Source of the DNA: Candidatus Collierbacteria bacterium UBA2277
GTDB lineage: Bacteria > Patescibacteriota > Microgenomatia > UBA1400 > MFAQ01
Assembly: GCA_002347045.1 (NCBI GenBank)
Contig: DDWV01000001.1
Location: 419,844-483,843 of the forward strand
Length of the DNA: 64,000 nt
Direction of reading: 5' to 3'
The first letter of the stretch is position 1, and each line of letters opens with the position of its first letter. Made by a program: the position numbers and the translations under genes. Positions 47,043-57,770 of this stretch are shown here, piece after piece. The notes below the pieces were generated by a model. The model did no database searches. It was not told the DNA's origin and saw only the letters and a program-made list of their open reading frames with translations.

Positions 47043-48193
47043 TTTGATTTGGGTACCATAGTAATTAGAGAAGCTCCAAGGCCTACACAAAAAGAGAAAA
47101 AGGCGATTGTCCAGCCAATTACGGGAATTGAAGAGACTAGTCCGAGGAGAGTAATTCCTAATGCGATTTGAGTATTGAGCGTTCCTTTTTTGTGGAATAG
47201 TTTTGTCATAACAACTTTTCCGAAGACAACGGACGTGTAAAGAGACGAAGTGATAAGAGTTAAGATGTAGAACAAGATAAAAACGAAAGCTACCGGAACT
47301 CCAACAATGGTAAACATTAAGATGAAGAAAACAATTGGGGCAATAATTAAAGCGGTAAGGCCAATAAGCCCTGAGACAAAAGGCCTGGACATTATTTGCT
47401 CTACTCTTTTCTTAGTTCCTTTTGAGTCAAAGTAAACAATTGTTAACCCTAAAATTATTGACGAGATAATTCCAAAAACTATTTTTGCAGCCAAACCTAC
47501 TTTAGAAACGTCAGCTATTTTCTTTTCGGAGACTGGCTTTGTTTTTGGTTCTATGTCGTACTTCGTAATTGATCCTTTGACATTTTTTTGAGCTATTGAA
47601 GCCGTACTTTCTTTAGCAATGTAGTAATCAATATTTCCACCAATTTTTCCTGTGTCTGCTAAAGATATATTTGTCCCAGTGATAGTAGCATTTCGAAGAA
47701 GAGAGCCAGAGATCGTGATAGAGTCCCCTGCTCCGGTGAGATCTCTGCCTATCTGACCATTAAAATCTACGTTTTGGACACCGAATATTACATCTCCGCC
47801 AACTGATGACTTGGGACCTAGAACTAGCTTTTGGGAAGCTGTCATGAGATTTCGAGTAACTTTTCCAAACACTTCAATGGTTTGTGCAACTGACCTAACG
47901 TTGCCATCGACTGAACCGTTAATTTTTATATTTTGAGCAACGCAGAGAATATCACCCTTGATATTTCCATTGATTACAACACTTTGACCAGCACACAATA
48001 AATCTCCGTCTATGTCGGAGTTAATAGTGATAGACGATCCCGAAATAAAAGCCGTTTCTGAGATTTTTTCATCTTCTTGAAAAACTAGGTTGGTTCCCGA
48101 CTTCATAAATACAGCGTTTACGGGAGCAGCTGAGGCAAGCAACAGTATAAATGCGGGGATAAATACGGCAAAAAGTTTAGTTAGTTTTCTCAT
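47039..48193 (-). CDS. membrane-anchored beta-helix repeat protein (bactofilin/polymer-forming-like repeats + C-terminal TM domain)
   Basis: Signal peptide, repeated GxxxxxG(D/N)xxxxAQ units, 4-5 C-terminal TM helices. Confidence 0.35.
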   Translation of the reverse strand: MRKLTKLFAVFIPAFILLLASAAPVNAVFMKSGTNLVFQEDEKISETAFISGSSITINSDIDGDLLCAGQSVVINGNIKGDILCVAQNIKINGSVDGNVRSVAQTIEVFGKVTRNLMTASQKLVLGPKSSVGGDVIFGVQNVDFNGQIGRDLTGAGDSITISGSLLRNATITGTNISLADTGKIGGNIDYYIAKESTASIAQKNVKGSITKYDIEPKTKPVSEKKIADVSKVGLAAKIVFGIISSIILGLTIVYFDSKGTKKRVEQIMSRPFVSGLIGLTALIIAPIVFFILMFTIVGVPVAFVFILFYILTLITSSLYTSVVFGKVVMTKLFHKKGTLNTQIALGITLLGLVSSIPVIGWTIAFFSFCVGLGASLITMVPKSN

Positions 48194-48246
48194 ATATTAA
48201 TCTATAACTCGTTATATAAAAAAATGCAAATGGGATAAGATAATAT

Positions 48247-49188
48247 ATGAAAATTTTAGTAACTGGAGGTGCAGGTTTTTTGGGGTCGAATCTATGTAAC
48301 AAGCTATTGAAAGAAGGGAATGATGTTATTTGTGTTGATAATTTTTATACAGGAAGAAAAAAAAATATCGAAAACTTGAAAGGTAGTAATTTTAAGGTGA
48401 TTAGACATGACATTACAAAACCGCTAACCATTCAAGGTATAGATAAGATCTATAACCTAGCCTGCCCTGCTTCACCCCCGGCTTATCAAAAAGACCCAAT
48501 ATTTACATGGAAGACTTCAGTGTTGGGAGTGCTTAACGTGCTTGAGCTGTCGCGAATGAACAGAAACTGCCCTGTTCTTCAGTCGTCTACCTCAGAAGTG
48601 TATGGCGACCCATTAGAACACCCTCAAAAAGAAAGTTATTGGGGGAACGTAAACCCTATCGGAATACGATCATGTTATGACGAAGGAAAAAGAGCTGCCG
48701 AGACAGTTCTGATGGACTATCATCGTCAGTATGAGATACCTGTCCGAGTAATAAGGATATTTAATACCTATGGACCAAATATGGATCCAAAGGACGGAAG
48801 AGTTGTGTCTAACTTTATAGTTCAAGCACTTACAGACAAAGATATTACGATATACGGAGACGGCTCCCAAACAAGAAGTTTCCAGTATGTCGACGATCTT
48901 GTAGAAGGAATGAGTCTTATGATGGACAACGAAGTTGATTTTGTTGGACCAGTGAACATTGGTAATCCGATAGAGTTTACGATTAAGGATCTAGCGGATA
49001 TGATTTTGAAAATGATTCCCCTATCAAAATCAATAATTATCTACAAAGATATTCCAAAAGATGACCCAAAGATTCGAAAGCCAGATATATCATTGGCGAA
49101 GAAAAATCTTGCCTGGGAACCAAAAATTCCACTGAAAAAGGGCCTCGTCGCAACAATAGATTATTTTAGATCTGAGATACTTGGTTGA
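48247..49188 (+). CDS. uxs: UDP-glucuronate decarboxylase (UDP-xylose synthase), SDR family
   Basis: [10 protein letters not shown], YxxxK region, near colinear similarity to UXS1 ([31 protein letters not shown]). Confidence 0.8.
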   Translation: MKILVTGGAGFLGSNLCNKLLKEGNDVICVDNFYTGRKKNIENLKGSNFKVIRHDITKPLTIQGIDKIYNLACPASPPAYQKDPIFTWKTSVLGVLNVLELSRMNRNCPVLQSSTSEVYGDPLEHPQKESYWGNVNPIGIRSCYDEGKRAAETVLMDYHRQYEIPVRVIRIFNTYGPNMDPKDGRVVSNFIVQALTDKDITIYGDGSQTRSFQYVDDLVEGMSLMMDNEVDFVGPVNIGNPIEFTIKDLADMILKMIPLSKSIIIYKDIPKDDPKIRKPDISLAKKNLAWEPKIPLKKGLVATIDYFRSEILG

Positions 49189-50096
49189 CCATAGTCGTAA
49201 ATCTTAGTGAAAATAATTTCTTTCCCTACAAGCAGGCTTCCTTGATAGGTAAATTTTACTACCTGCCCAAGGCGAGTTTCCTCTGACCACATCTGGTCAA
49301 AGACTAAGTTTCCTAATGAGTAGAAGATTGGCTTTCCTCGATACATTTCTTCTGGTTGAATCCAGTGAGGATGATGACCTACAACTAAGTCTGAACCGTT
49401 GTCTATTGCCAAATGAGCCAAATATTTTTGACGAGAACTTGGTGTGCTTTGATACTCGTTCCCCCAGTGAAAGGTGGTGATAACAAGTTCAGCTGACTCA
49501 GTGGCATCTAAGATTTGTCTAACCATTTCTTTTTCATCCATCTGAGGAAGATCAGAGAACGAAAGAATTGCTAATTTGGTATTGTTTACTGTATTAAAGT
49601 ATTGATTTTTTAAACCAACTGGAGCTATGTTGTTGTTTTTAAGAATTGAGATCGTCTCAGAAATCCCTTTTTGACCCTGATTGTTGATGTGGTTATTGTC
49701 AATAGAGGCGATATCGACGCCTGCCTCAACTAGACCCAAAACGTTTCTAGGGTCAGCGCAGAAAACCATACCAGTGTCTGTTGGCTCACAACCGGTGATG
49801 AAAGGTGACTCAAGATTTATAACTGTGAGATCTGCATTTTTTAGAAAAGAACTAACATTTTTGAATGGCCAGGCTGGGTCGTCATATTTTATAATCCTGG
49901 AGTTTACTGATCGACCGAGCATTACATCGCCGGTAAAAATCAAGGTGAGAGTGGAGATACTTTCTCGGTAAGTCGATAGATCGGGAAGGTGACTAGATAC
50001 TGGAAGTACTTTTGAGTATTTTTTTGGTGTGACGAGAAATATTCCAGCCAAAAGGCCTATCTCAAAAAGAAGAAGAGTCTTTACAGTACGATTCAT
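49161..50096 (-). CDS. capA: CapA/PgsA family metallophosphoesterase (poly-gamma-glutamate synthesis-like)
   Basis: GDVMLGR motif, N-terminal anchor, metallophosphatase His/Asp blocks. Confidence 0.6.
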   Translation of the reverse strand: MNRTVKTLLLFEIGLLAGIFLVTPKKYSKVLPVSSHLPDLSTYRESISTLTLIFTGDVMLGRSVNSRIIKYDDPAWPFKNVSSFLKNADLTVINLESPFITGCEPTDTGMVFCADPRNVLGLVEAGVDIASIDNNHINNQGQKGISETISILKNNNIAPVGLKNQYFNTVNNTKLAILSFSDLPQMDEKEMVRQILDATESAELVITTFHWGNEYQSTPSSRQKYLAHLAIDNGSDLVVGHHPHWIQPEEMYRGKPIFYSLGNLVFDQMWSEETRLGQVVKFTYQGSLLVGKEIIFTKIYDYGQPSISDLK

Positions 50097-50126
50097 TTAT
50101 TTTTATCTTACTCTAGATAAAAACAA

Positions 50127-50155
50127 AGACCCCGGAACACCGAGGTCTTTGCTAT
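50127..50155 (-). terminator. rho-independent terminator after rpsI
   Basis: AAAGACCTCGG-tgtt-CCGGGGTCTTT hairpin followed by TTTTT on minus strand. Confidence 0.65.
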
Positions 50156-50169
50156 TATCAATAATAATA

Positions 50170-50649
50170 TTAACGTTTTGGACTTTGTTTCTTTGATCTT
50201 GCACGACCACCCTGTCCAGCTTTTCTAGTTTCTTTCATTCTAGAGTCACGAGTAAGGAATCCATTGTCTCGCATAAGTTTCTTGAACTTATCTGAGTCTA
50301 CTTTGACCAGAGCTCTGGCTATACCGTGAACTATAGCTCCTGCTTGACTCATAGTACCGGAACCAAGAACTTTTATACTACCAGTGAACTGGTTAACAGA
50401 GTCTGAGACAACAAAAGGTTCAAGAATTATTTTTTTGTAAATGTCCCCTTTGAAATAGTCTGACATCGATTTGCCATTAACAGTAAGCTCCTGTTTTCCT
50501 GGCCAAATACGAACTCGAGCAACGGCAGTTTTTCGACGACCTACAGATGAAAAATACTCTTTAGGCATAGCCAAGGCGCCTTTTTTGACGGGTGTGGTCT
50601 TGACGGGCTTAATTGCAATCTTTGATTTTTTGGTGAGTTTTTGTGCCAT
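50170..50649 (-). CDS. rpsI: 30S ribosomal protein S9 (N-terminal extension)
   Basis: C-terminal GGGRARSKKQSPKR and S9 core. Confidence 0.85.
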   Translation of the reverse strand: MAQKLTKKSKIAIKPVKTTPVKKGALAMPKEYFSSVGRRKTAVARVRIWPGKQELTVNGKSMSDYFKGDIYKKIILEPFVVSDSVNQFTGSIKVLGSGTMSQAGAIVHGIARALVKVDSDKFKKLMRDNGFLTRDSRMKETRKAGQGGRARSKKQSPKR

Positions 50650-50652
50650 ATT

Positions 50653-51087
50653 CTATTTTTCTGTTTTTTTATTAAGACCTAGTTCAGTTGCGTATGGGTG
50701 TTTGTCGTCAACAAAAATCTTTAATCGTCTTTGTCTTGGCTGCTGGTGTTTGTTTTTTGGGAGCATGCCTTTTACAGCTTTCTCAATAACTTTTCTTGAG
50801 TCTCTTTCCATCAAACGTTCGAGCGATATTTCTTTTAAGCCACCTGGGAATCCAGAGTGTGAGTAATAAATTTTGTCTGAAAGTTTATTGCCTGTAACTT
50901 TTATTTTGTCTGAGTTTATAGCAACGACATAGTCTCCGTTGTCTAGGTGGGTTCCGGTTAGGGCTTTACCTTTGCCCATGAGGTAGACAGCAATCTGTGA
51001 GGCTGCTCGTCCTAGAATCATGCCATCTAGATCAACTAGGTACCAGTTTCTTTTTATGTCTGTTGGTTTGAGAGTAGTAGTTTTCAT
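50653..51087 (-). CDS. rplM: 50S ribosomal protein L13
   Basis: WYLVDLDGMILGR start typical of L13. Confidence 0.9.
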   Translation of the reverse strand: MKTTTLKPTDIKRNWYLVDLDGMILGRAASQIAVYLMGKGKALTGTHLDNGDYVVAINSDKIKVTGNKLSDKIYYSHSGFPGGLKEISLERLMERDSRKVIEKAVKGMLPKNKHQQPRQRRLKIFVDDKHPYATELGLNKKTEK

Positions 51088-51092
51088 AGAAA

Positions 51093-51542
51093 TTATTTAG
51101 TTTTTTTGACTTTGGAAACTTCCTTTTTAGGCACCTTTAGCTTTTTGTCTTTTTTGGCTGGTACTACCTCAGGAACAACGGGAAGAGCTATTAAACTGAG
51201 TGTGGCGAGAGTAGTTGCGTCTCCTTTTCTTACAGACACTTTTTGAATAGTAGTAAAACCACTTTTTCTACCTCCCATAACTGGAATGATCGCATCGACT
51301 AGTCTGTTGGCTGTTTTTGGAGAACTAAGTGTAGCGGCGACATTGCGTCTAGAAGCAAGAGTCCCTTGAGAAGCTTTGGCGGCAAGTTTGTCGAATAGAC
51401 GTTTTATAACCTTAGCCTTTGTAACCGTAGTAGTTATTTTCCCATTCTCAATCAATGCCCTAAGTTGAATCTTGAACAATGACTTTCGTGAGTTTGAGTC
51501 ACGATTGAGTTTTGGAAGTTTTGATTGATGACGACGTCCCAT
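51093..51542 (-). CDS. rplQ: 50S ribosomal protein L17
   Basis: MGRRHQSKLPKLNRDSNSRKSLF ~ L17 N-terminus; follows rpoA. Confidence 0.85.
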   Translation of the reverse strand: MGRRHQSKLPKLNRDSNSRKSLFKIQLRALIENGKITTTVTKAKVIKRLFDKLAAKASQGTLASRRNVAATLSSPKTANRLVDAIIPVMGGRKSGFTTIQKVSVRKGDATTLATLSLIALPVVPEVVPAKKDKKLKVPKKEVSKVKKTK

Positions 51543-51544
51543 AT

Positions 51545-52447
51545 TTATTCGATTGTTATACCTTTCTCTTGAGCCTTTTCGATGACCTGCGTGGCAGATT
51601 TTTCACCGAGATTTTTGACTTTTTTAAGGTCAGAAGAAGAGAGAGATTTTAGGTCTGATAACTTAACAATTCCAGCCTTTTTGAGAGCATTTAGGACACG
51701 AGTTGGGATATCAAGGTCATCTACAAAACCGGCTGTCTCGATGACAGACTTTGGTTTTTCGTCTTGAATATATGCTTCAGCAGAGTTTATATAATCGAAA
51801 AATCCTGTAAGGATTCTGGCTGCATTTTTGACTGCATCCTCAGGAGCGATGGTTCCGTTTGTAACTAGAGCAAGGCGAACCTTATCAAAGTTTGAAGAAC
51901 GACCAACACGGGCTGCTTCTATCGTGTAGTTTGCTTTTACTACTGGAGAAAATGAAGCATCTAGAGGGATTACTCCAATCTCACCGACTGCATTTTCTTC
52001 GGCAGGAACATAACCTGTGCCGTTGGCGACAGTGATAGTGGCTGAGAGTTTTGCTTTGGCTGAGGTTAGGTTACAGAGAACAGTCTCTGGATTTGAAAGA
52101 GTAACGTTTGCAGGAAGATCTAGATCAGAAGCTTTGACTACAGTTTTTCCGGAGACTTTTAGTTTTATGTCTACTGGCTCGTCGGAGTCAACTGAAAAAT
52201 TTAGAGTTTTTAAGTTTAGTATCAACTCAAGAACGTCTTCTTTCATTCCGGCGAGTGTGGAGAACTGATGAGATACGCCATCTATTTTGACACGAATGGC
52301 TGCTCCGCCTTCTAGAGAAGAAAGCAGGACACGACGAAGGGCGTTTCCAATGGTGTGACCAAAGTTTTGTGGAAGAGGCTCAATAATAACTTCGGAAGTG
52401 TTTACGGAGATATTCTTAACTGAAACTTTGAAATTTGGTTCTAACAT
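51545..52447 (-). CDS. rpoA: DNA-directed RNA polymerase alpha subunit
   Basis: GHTIGNALRRVLLSS motif, 300 aa, position after rpsD. Confidence 0.9.
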   Translation of the reverse strand: MLEPNFKVSVKNISVNTSEVIIEPLPQNFGHTIGNALRRVLLSSLEGGAAIRVKIDGVSHQFSTLAGMKEDVLELILNLKTLNFSVDSDEPVDIKLKVSGKTVVKASDLDLPANVTLSNPETVLCNLTSAKAKLSATITVANGTGYVPAEENAVGEIGVIPLDASFSPVVKANYTIEAARVGRSSNFDKVRLALVTNGTIAPEDAVKNAARILTGFFDYINSAEAYIQDEKPKSVIETAGFVDDLDIPTRVLNALKKAGIVKLSDLKSLSSSDLKKVKNLGEKSATQVIEKAQEKGITIE

Positions 52448-52473
52448 TTTCTTTTGTTTAATTGCTAAATAAT

Positions 52474-53097
52474 TTACCTTGAGTAATACTCGATAATGAG
52501 ATTTTCTTTGATGTCACTACCTATCTCTTCGCGAGTTGGGAGACGATCGATTGTGCCCTCAGAACCTTTTCGAGAAAGCCATTTTGCTGGGACACTTTTT
52601 TCAGTGAGGTTTGGAGCGACAAAAACAAATTTTGTTGCTTTTTCAAAGATTGAGATTTTCTGACCAGGTTTGGTGATGTATGAAGCAATGTCGACTCTTT
52701 TTCCGTCAACTTTTATGTTACCGTGAGTGACCAGCTGTCTGGCGAGGGAACGAGAGATGACAAAACCGAGTCTGAAAACTATATTGTCAAGTCTGGACTC
52801 GAGAAGCTGCATCAGTACTTCACCTGTATTTTGAGATGATTTGATAGCTGTTTCGTAGTATCCATGGAACTGACCTTCAAGAACTCCGTAAGTTCGCTTT
52901 GCCTTCTGCTTTTCGCGAAGCTGAGTTCCGTAACCAGAAATACGACCGTGAGTTCTTTTTTTACCGTGTTGGCCAGGAATCTGGGCACCTTTTTTCTCGA
53001 TAGAACATTTTGGAGAGAAACAACGCTCACCTTTGAGGTAAAGTTTTACGCCTTCTCGACGACATAGTCTGCATTTTGGATCGATGTATTTTGCCAT
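52474..53097 (-). CDS. rpsD: 30S ribosomal protein S4
   Basis: N-terminal CRLCRREG...C Zn motif, S4 domain. Confidence 0.9.
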   Translation of the reverse strand: MAKYIDPKCRLCRREGVKLYLKGERCFSPKCSIEKKGAQIPGQHGKKRTHGRISGYGTQLREKQKAKRTYGVLEGQFHGYYETAIKSSQNTGEVLMQLLESRLDNIVFRLGFVISRSLARQLVTHGNIKVDGKRVDIASYITKPGQKISIFEKATKFVFVAPNLTEKSVPAKWLSRKGSEGTIDRLPTREEIGSDIKENLIIEYYSR

Positions 53098-53117
53098 AGT
53101 TTATTTTTTGTTTGTTA

Positions 53118-53525
53118 TTAGACTCTTCTAGTTTTTTTTGGTCGACATCCGTTGTGGGGAATTGGTGTTGTGTCGGCAAGTAGATTTATTTCTATACTTG
53201 ATGTTTTTAGAATACGAAGGGCAGCATCTTTTCCAGGGCCAGGTCCTTTTAAGAAAACGTCTACTGTTGTAAGTCCGAGTGACTTTGCCTTCCTAGTACC
53301 CTCTTCAATGATAGTGGTTGCGGCAAAGGGAGTGGATCTCTTGGCGCCTTTAAAACCACAAGTACCAGCTGAACTCCAACAAACAACATCTCCATTCATG
53401 TTTGTAAAGGAGACATGAGTGGTGTTGAAGGTAGATTTAACGTACATACATCCATGGCCGCTTTTGAAATGAACGGATCGAGCCTTTTTGGATTTTGTAG
53501 TGACTTTGTTTTTTGTTTCTGACAT
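53118..53525 (-). CDS. rpsK: 30S ribosomal protein S11
   Basis: S11 core ...GFKGAKRSTPFAA... Confidence 0.9.
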   Translation of the reverse strand: MSETKNKVTTKSKKARSVHFKSGHGCMYVKSTFNTTHVSFTNMNGDVVCWSSAGTCGFKGAKRSTPFAATTIIEEGTRKAKSLGLTTVDVFLKGPGPGKDAALRILKTSSIEINLLADTTPIPHNGCRPKKTRRV

Positions 53526-53534
53526 GGTATTAGT

Positions 53535-53936
53535 TTATTTCTTTGTGGATGCGGCAGCCTTTGTAGCAGCTTCCTTTGATATAGCACCGATTGTTTTTCT
53601 CTTTCCTTTTCGAGTTCGAGAGTTAGTTTTGGTTCTCTGACCACGAACAGGGAGACCCATTGAGTGACGAAGACCACGATACGCCTGAATTCTTTTTAGA
53701 GTTTCGATGTTGTCACGAACGTTTTTTCTTAGCTCTCCTTCTGTCTGGATAGACTCGATCATGGTCTGAATGCTTTTGATTTCTTCAGGATTTAAGTTTT
53801 TGGTACGGGTACTTGGTTCGATTTTGGCTTGTTTGAGGATATCTAAGGCCACTTTATCACCTATTCCGTAGATATACGTTAGAGCTACGTCTATTCTTTT
53901 TTCGTTGGGGATATCAATACCTGCTATTCTTGGCAT
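53535..53936 (-). CDS. rpsM: 30S ribosomal protein S13
   Basis: MPRIAGIDIP... start. Confidence 0.9.
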   Translation of the reverse strand: MPRIAGIDIPNEKRIDVALTYIYGIGDKVALDILKQAKIEPSTRTKNLNPEEIKSIQTMIESIQTEGELRKNVRDNIETLKRIQAYRGLRHSMGLPVRGQRTKTNSRTRKGKRKTIGAISKEAATKAAASTKK

Positions 53937-53951
53937 ATTTTTTATTTTTTA

Positions 53952-54065
53952 TTATCCTTGACGCTGCTTATGGCGTGGGTTGGTACAAATAATTAACACC
54001 TTCCCATGGCGTTTTATAATTTTGCAATTTTTGCATCTGGGTCTGACGGACGATTGAACGCGCAT
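53952..54065 (-). CDS. rpmJ: 50S ribosomal protein L36 (Zn-ribbon form)
   Basis: Own translation [37 protein letters not shown]; canonical position infA-rpmJ-rpsM; missing from ORF track (37 aa). Confidence 0.85.
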   Translation of the reverse strand: MRVQSSVRPRCKNCKIIKRHGKVLIICTNPRHKQRQG

Positions 54066-54123
54066 GCGTGTTTATATTTAGATTAATAAATGTTTTGTTA
54101 TTATAAAGCAAACGGAGAAAAGG

Positions 54124-54342
54124 TCAACCTTGCCTGTAGGTGATTCTGCCTTTGTCGGTGTCGTAAGGGCTCATTTCGAGCTTTACTTTGTCGCCGGGCA
54201 TAACACGGATGCGATATAGTCGCATCTTACCTGCAAGATGAGCCAAGATTTCTCTGCCGTCTTCGAGAGTCACCCGAAATTGTGTGTTGGGTAAGGCCTC
54301 GGAAACGACTCCGTTTACCTCAGTCATCTGGTTTTTAGCCAT
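54124..54342 (-). CDS. infA: translation initiation factor IF-1
   Basis: 72 aa S1-like; GVV.E.LPN..F.V.L..G pattern. Confidence 0.9.
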   Translation of the reverse strand: MAKNQMTEVNGVVSEALPNTQFRVTLEDGREILAHLAGKMRLYRIRVMPGDKVKLEMSPYDTDKGRITYRQG

Positions 54343-54487
54343 ATTTAAGTTGTACGAGCGTTATTGTATCAAATTTAGGCATATTTTGCTAGTGTCTTTT
54401 TGATACCACTCAATAAGTTTGATTTTACAGTAAAAAGTATGCAAACGAAAGTTTTCGGGTAATGAATTACAGTCCTGACAGCTCCCA

Positions 54488-54512
54488 AGAAGAAATCTCC
54501 TCGCAAAGGGGA
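54488..54512 (-). terminator. rho-independent terminator after map
   Basis: CTCCCCTTTGCGAGGAG hairpin then T-rich run on minus strand. Confidence 0.45.
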
Positions 54513-54518
54513 GCTTTT

Positions 54519-55253
54519 CTAATTTATGGCCGTAAGAATGATGGGGCCACGGGATGCCACATATACTGTCTCCTCAAAATAACCAGCGGTAGAGCCGTCT
54601 TGAGTGGAAAGGGTCCAGCCATCGGAATCCTCAACTAAACGACTATCGCCCATGGCGTACATTGCTTCAATAGCTATCGTCTGATCTTCTGAGAGAATGT
54701 CTTTTTTGTTGTGCTTGTCTGCAAAACAAGGAATGAATGGGTCCATGTGGAGTTTGCGGCCAATTCCATGCCCCGTGAGGTCACGAATTACACTGTAACC
54801 GTCTCCTTCAATGACTTGTTGCATAGCGAAGCTGATATCAAAAACAGAGTTACCTGGAAGGGCCACAGAGATTGCCGCAGTAAGTGCCTTTTGACCTGTT
54901 CTGAGAAATGAGGTGATCTTGTCGTCGTGGGGTGGAATTTGAACAGTAATAGCGGTGTCGAGGTGATACCCATGATTAAACAAGCCCATGTCGACTTTAA
55001 CGACGTCTCCAGGATAAAAGGGAGTGTTATTGGGAATACCGTGAACCATGCCAGAGTTAACGTTTATGCAGGTTGCGTGATCATACCCAGGCTCCATTTT
55101 GAATGAAGCTTTGTTGCCTCCTTCTGTAATTAACTTATTTGCAAGAAACTCAATATCAAGGGGAGTAACTCCAGCTTTAATTGCTTTTACGAGCTGTCCC
55201 TTGATCCAACCCAACCTTTTGCCTCCCTCTGTCATTGCTTGAAGTTTAGTCAT
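54519..55253 (-). CDS. map: methionine aminopeptidase type I
   Basis: Metal ligands D..D..H..E..E pattern, GHGIG. Confidence 0.85.
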   Translation of the reverse strand: MTKLQAMTEGGKRLGWIKGQLVKAIKAGVTPLDIEFLANKLITEGGNKASFKMEPGYDHATCINVNSGMVHGIPNNTPFYPGDVVKVDMGLFNHGYHLDTAITVQIPPHDDKITSFLRTGQKALTAAISVALPGNSVFDISFAMQQVIEGDGYSVIRDLTGHGIGRKLHMDPFIPCFADKHNKKDILSEDQTIAIEAMYAMGDSRLVEDSDGWTLSTQDGSTAGYFEETVYVASRGPIILTAIN

Positions 55254-55812
55254 TTTTTAGTGATAGTTTCTTTATTATGTCTTGGTGGATCGTATCTATA
55301 TCAGGAGTGCCATCAACCACAATTAATTTGCCTTGGTTTTGATATTTTTCGATGATTTGAGGAGTGTGTTCGTTATAGAGAGCCAGCCTTTCTTCTATAG
55401 CTTTTCTGTTGTCATCTGTTCTATGCTCCACCTCAAATCTCTTTCTTAGTCTCTCTATACTCGTAGCTTTAGGGATATCAATAAGGATGACGTAATCTAT
55501 GACTATATTATTTTCATCAAAGAATAAGTCTAGGTAATCTGCCTGTCTTGCGTTTCGTGGAGTACCATCAAGGATAAAGCCAGACTCCGAGTTTTTTAAC
55601 TCTGGCTCAAGCACTTCAACTATGGTCTCAAAAGGCATTAATACACCAGTTTTTAGGATTCTTGCGATAATATTTCCTTTTTTACTACCACTTTGAGCTA
55701 CGTCTCGAAGAAGCTGTCCTGTTGAGATATGTTTTAAACCTAATTTTTTAGCCAAAAGCTTTGCCTGGGTACCTTTTCCTGAGCCTTGTGGACCTAAAAT
55801 TATAATGTTCAT
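55246..55812 (-). CDS. adk: adenylate kinase (short-LID form, no Zn)
   Basis: GPQGSGKGTQA P-loop, 188 aa. Confidence 0.9.
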   Translation of the reverse strand: MNIIILGPQGSGKGTQAKLLAKKLGLKHISTGQLLRDVAQSGSKKGNIIARILKTGVLMPFETIVEVLEPELKNSESGFILDGTPRNARQADYLDLFFDENNIVIDYVILIDIPKATSIERLRKRFEVEHRTDDNRKAIEERLALYNEHTPQIIEKYQNQGKLIVVDGTPDIDTIHQDIIKKLSLKND

Positions 55813-57095
55813 TAATCTAAAAACTTGTCGTAACTATGCATGTATAACTGAGAGTTGATAGTTTTAAGAATTTCTAAAACAACCGAAACAACGATTAAAA
55901 CACTTGTGCCGCCGATAGCTAATGAAGAAACTCCTGTAAACCCTGAGATTATTGAAGGTAAAACTGCAACCAAACCGAGGAAACTGGCGCCGGCGAGAGT
56001 AATACGATTCAAAACAAGATTCAGATAATCCACGGTGTTTGGACCGGGACGAATTCCTGGAATAAACGACCCTGATGATCGAAGGTCCTTAGCTATTTTC
56101 TCGGGATTAAATACAACGGCAGTGTAAAAATATGTAAAAGCAACCACTAAAATAAAATAGAAAACATTATAAAAAATGGTACTTGGGGTGAAGTAATTAC
56201 TAATCTTTGTGGCAAAACTGGCAAGAGCAGGCTGGTTAACCCCAGAGAGAACACGGCTTAGCATGTTTGGGACTAACATAAAAGAAACTGCGAAAATGAT
56301 AGGGATAACACCAGCTTGGTTTAGCCTGAGAGGAAGATGACTGCTAGATACCGCTCCGTAAGATGAAGTTCCTCGACGCGCAGACTGGATAGGAATTTCT
56401 CGAACGGCTTCGCCAACTCGAACAATGGCATACACAGAAGCGAGAGCGAAAGCGAGAAAAAATATATAGGTAAATATCTTTGTCTGATCTAGAGTAGAGA
56501 TAGTCTGCAAAACATTTATTGGAATTCGTGTAACGATACCGACAAAAATAATCATACTAATACCATTTCCTAGACCATAGTCGTTGAGTTGTTCACCGAT
56601 CCAGATAAGAAGAGATGTGCCAGCGGCTAAGGTGAAAATGATTGAAGCTAGCTGGAGCGGATCAGCTGTAGTAGTAAGGCCTTGACGTTGAAGTAGAAGT
56701 ATTAGAGCAATACCTTGGAGAAAACAGAGAGGTATAGTGAGGAGTCTTGTGTACTGATTAATTTTTTGTCGACCGTAGTCTCCTTCTTTCTGCAATGCTT
56801 CAAGTTTGGGAATGGCCATGCCGAGCATTTGAAAAATAATCGAGGCGTTGATGTAAGGGTTTAGGCCTAGGGCCATGATAGAAAAATTTCCGAGCGTGCC
56901 ACCCGAAAAGACGTCTAATAGAGACAAGAAAGCAGAGGAGTTGAACATATCTCTTAGGGCAGAAAGATTTATACCTGGTGCGGGAACGTGGGCTACAAAA
57001 CGGAAAATAGCTATCACAATAGCTGTAAAGACAAAGCGACGACGGAGGTCTTTTATCTTGACGAGTGCGCGTAGAGGAGCTAACAGATTGTTCAT
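55812..57095 (-). CDS. secY: preprotein translocase subunit SecY
   Basis: 10-TM, 427 aa, position upstream of adk. Confidence 0.9.
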   Translation of the reverse strand: MNNLLAPLRALVKIKDLRRRFVFTAIVIAIFRFVAHVPAPGINLSALRDMFNSSAFLSLLDVFSGGTLGNFSIMALGLNPYINASIIFQMLGMAIPKLEALQKEGDYGRQKINQYTRLLTIPLCFLQGIALILLLQRQGLTTTADPLQLASIIFTLAAGTSLLIWIGEQLNDYGLGNGISMIIFVGIVTRIPINVLQTISTLDQTKIFTYIFFLAFALASVYAIVRVGEAVREIPIQSARRGTSSYGAVSSSHLPLRLNQAGVIPIIFAVSFMLVPNMLSRVLSGVNQPALASFATKISNYFTPSTIFYNVFYFILVVAFTYFYTAVVFNPEKIAKDLRSSGSFIPGIRPGPNTVDYLNLVLNRITLAGASFLGLVAVLPSIISGFTGVSSLAIGGTSVLIVVSVVLEILKTINSQLYMHSYDKFLD

Positions 57096-57113
57096 TGGTT
57101 TTATTTTATCAGG

Positions 57114-57632
57114 TTAAGGGTTGATTTCGGCCAACCTGTTTGCGATTAACACTACTTGATAGACAAATTTTTGAGGAGTTTGTTCGAGCTGTATTCCTAC
57201 CTTCTTGCAGGTGGCAAATAGATTTACACCTAAAGCTTCAGGATTGGTTAGGATTTCTCCATTTATCTCAGGGTGATTGGATAAATAATCAAAAAGGAAC
57301 TGTCGCATCTCACTTCTGACGTGACCTTGCCAGTGACGAGGATTTCTTATGGCTCTTTCGGTCCAGTCCGGGTGAGTTTGACGACGAGAAAATAAGTATT
57401 CTTCAAAGTTAAATTTTACTGCCCCGATATACACATCTTTGGAGTAAACATCTGAGAAAAAAGGAGCTTCTGGAGGACAACCTATTTTAACCCCCCAGTT
57501 TGGACAGCCTTTTGGATGCTTGTAGTAAGGGTCAAGACAGTGAGCTTTGATTCGGTGGTCACAGACAGCATCAACTGGACCTAAAAAAAATTGTTCACGT
57601 TCAATTCTACTGATTTCTTTTTCGACGGTCAT
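57114..57632 (-). CDS. hypothetical Cys/His-rich protein (172 aa) inserted between rplO and secY
   Basis: CDHRIKAHC...GCPNWGVKIGCPP possible metal site; no family recognised. Confidence 0.45.
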   Translation of the reverse strand: MTVEKEISRIEREQFFLGPVDAVCDHRIKAHCLDPYYKHPKGCPNWGVKIGCPPEAPFFSDVYSKDVYIGAVKFNFEEYLFSRRQTHPDWTERAIRNPRHWQGHVRSEMRQFLFDYLSNHPEINGEILTNPEALGVNLFATCKKVGIQLEQTPQKFVYQVVLIANRLAEINP

Positions 57633-57770
57633 AATTTATGACGTATTTTACACCTTACCTCTCTATACTTACTTTTCATCCTCTTGTTCTATCCGAACGC
57701 AACTCAAAGAGCTTTATTCGGGGGGTTGATGAATACATTAAAAACCACCTCTTCCGAGGTGGTATCAAAA

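Noticed and set aside
49161-49188. 28-nt convergent overlap of uxs and capA 3' ends as a regulatory antisense feature
   Set aside because: Short convergent overlaps are common in compact genomes and there is no additional signal.
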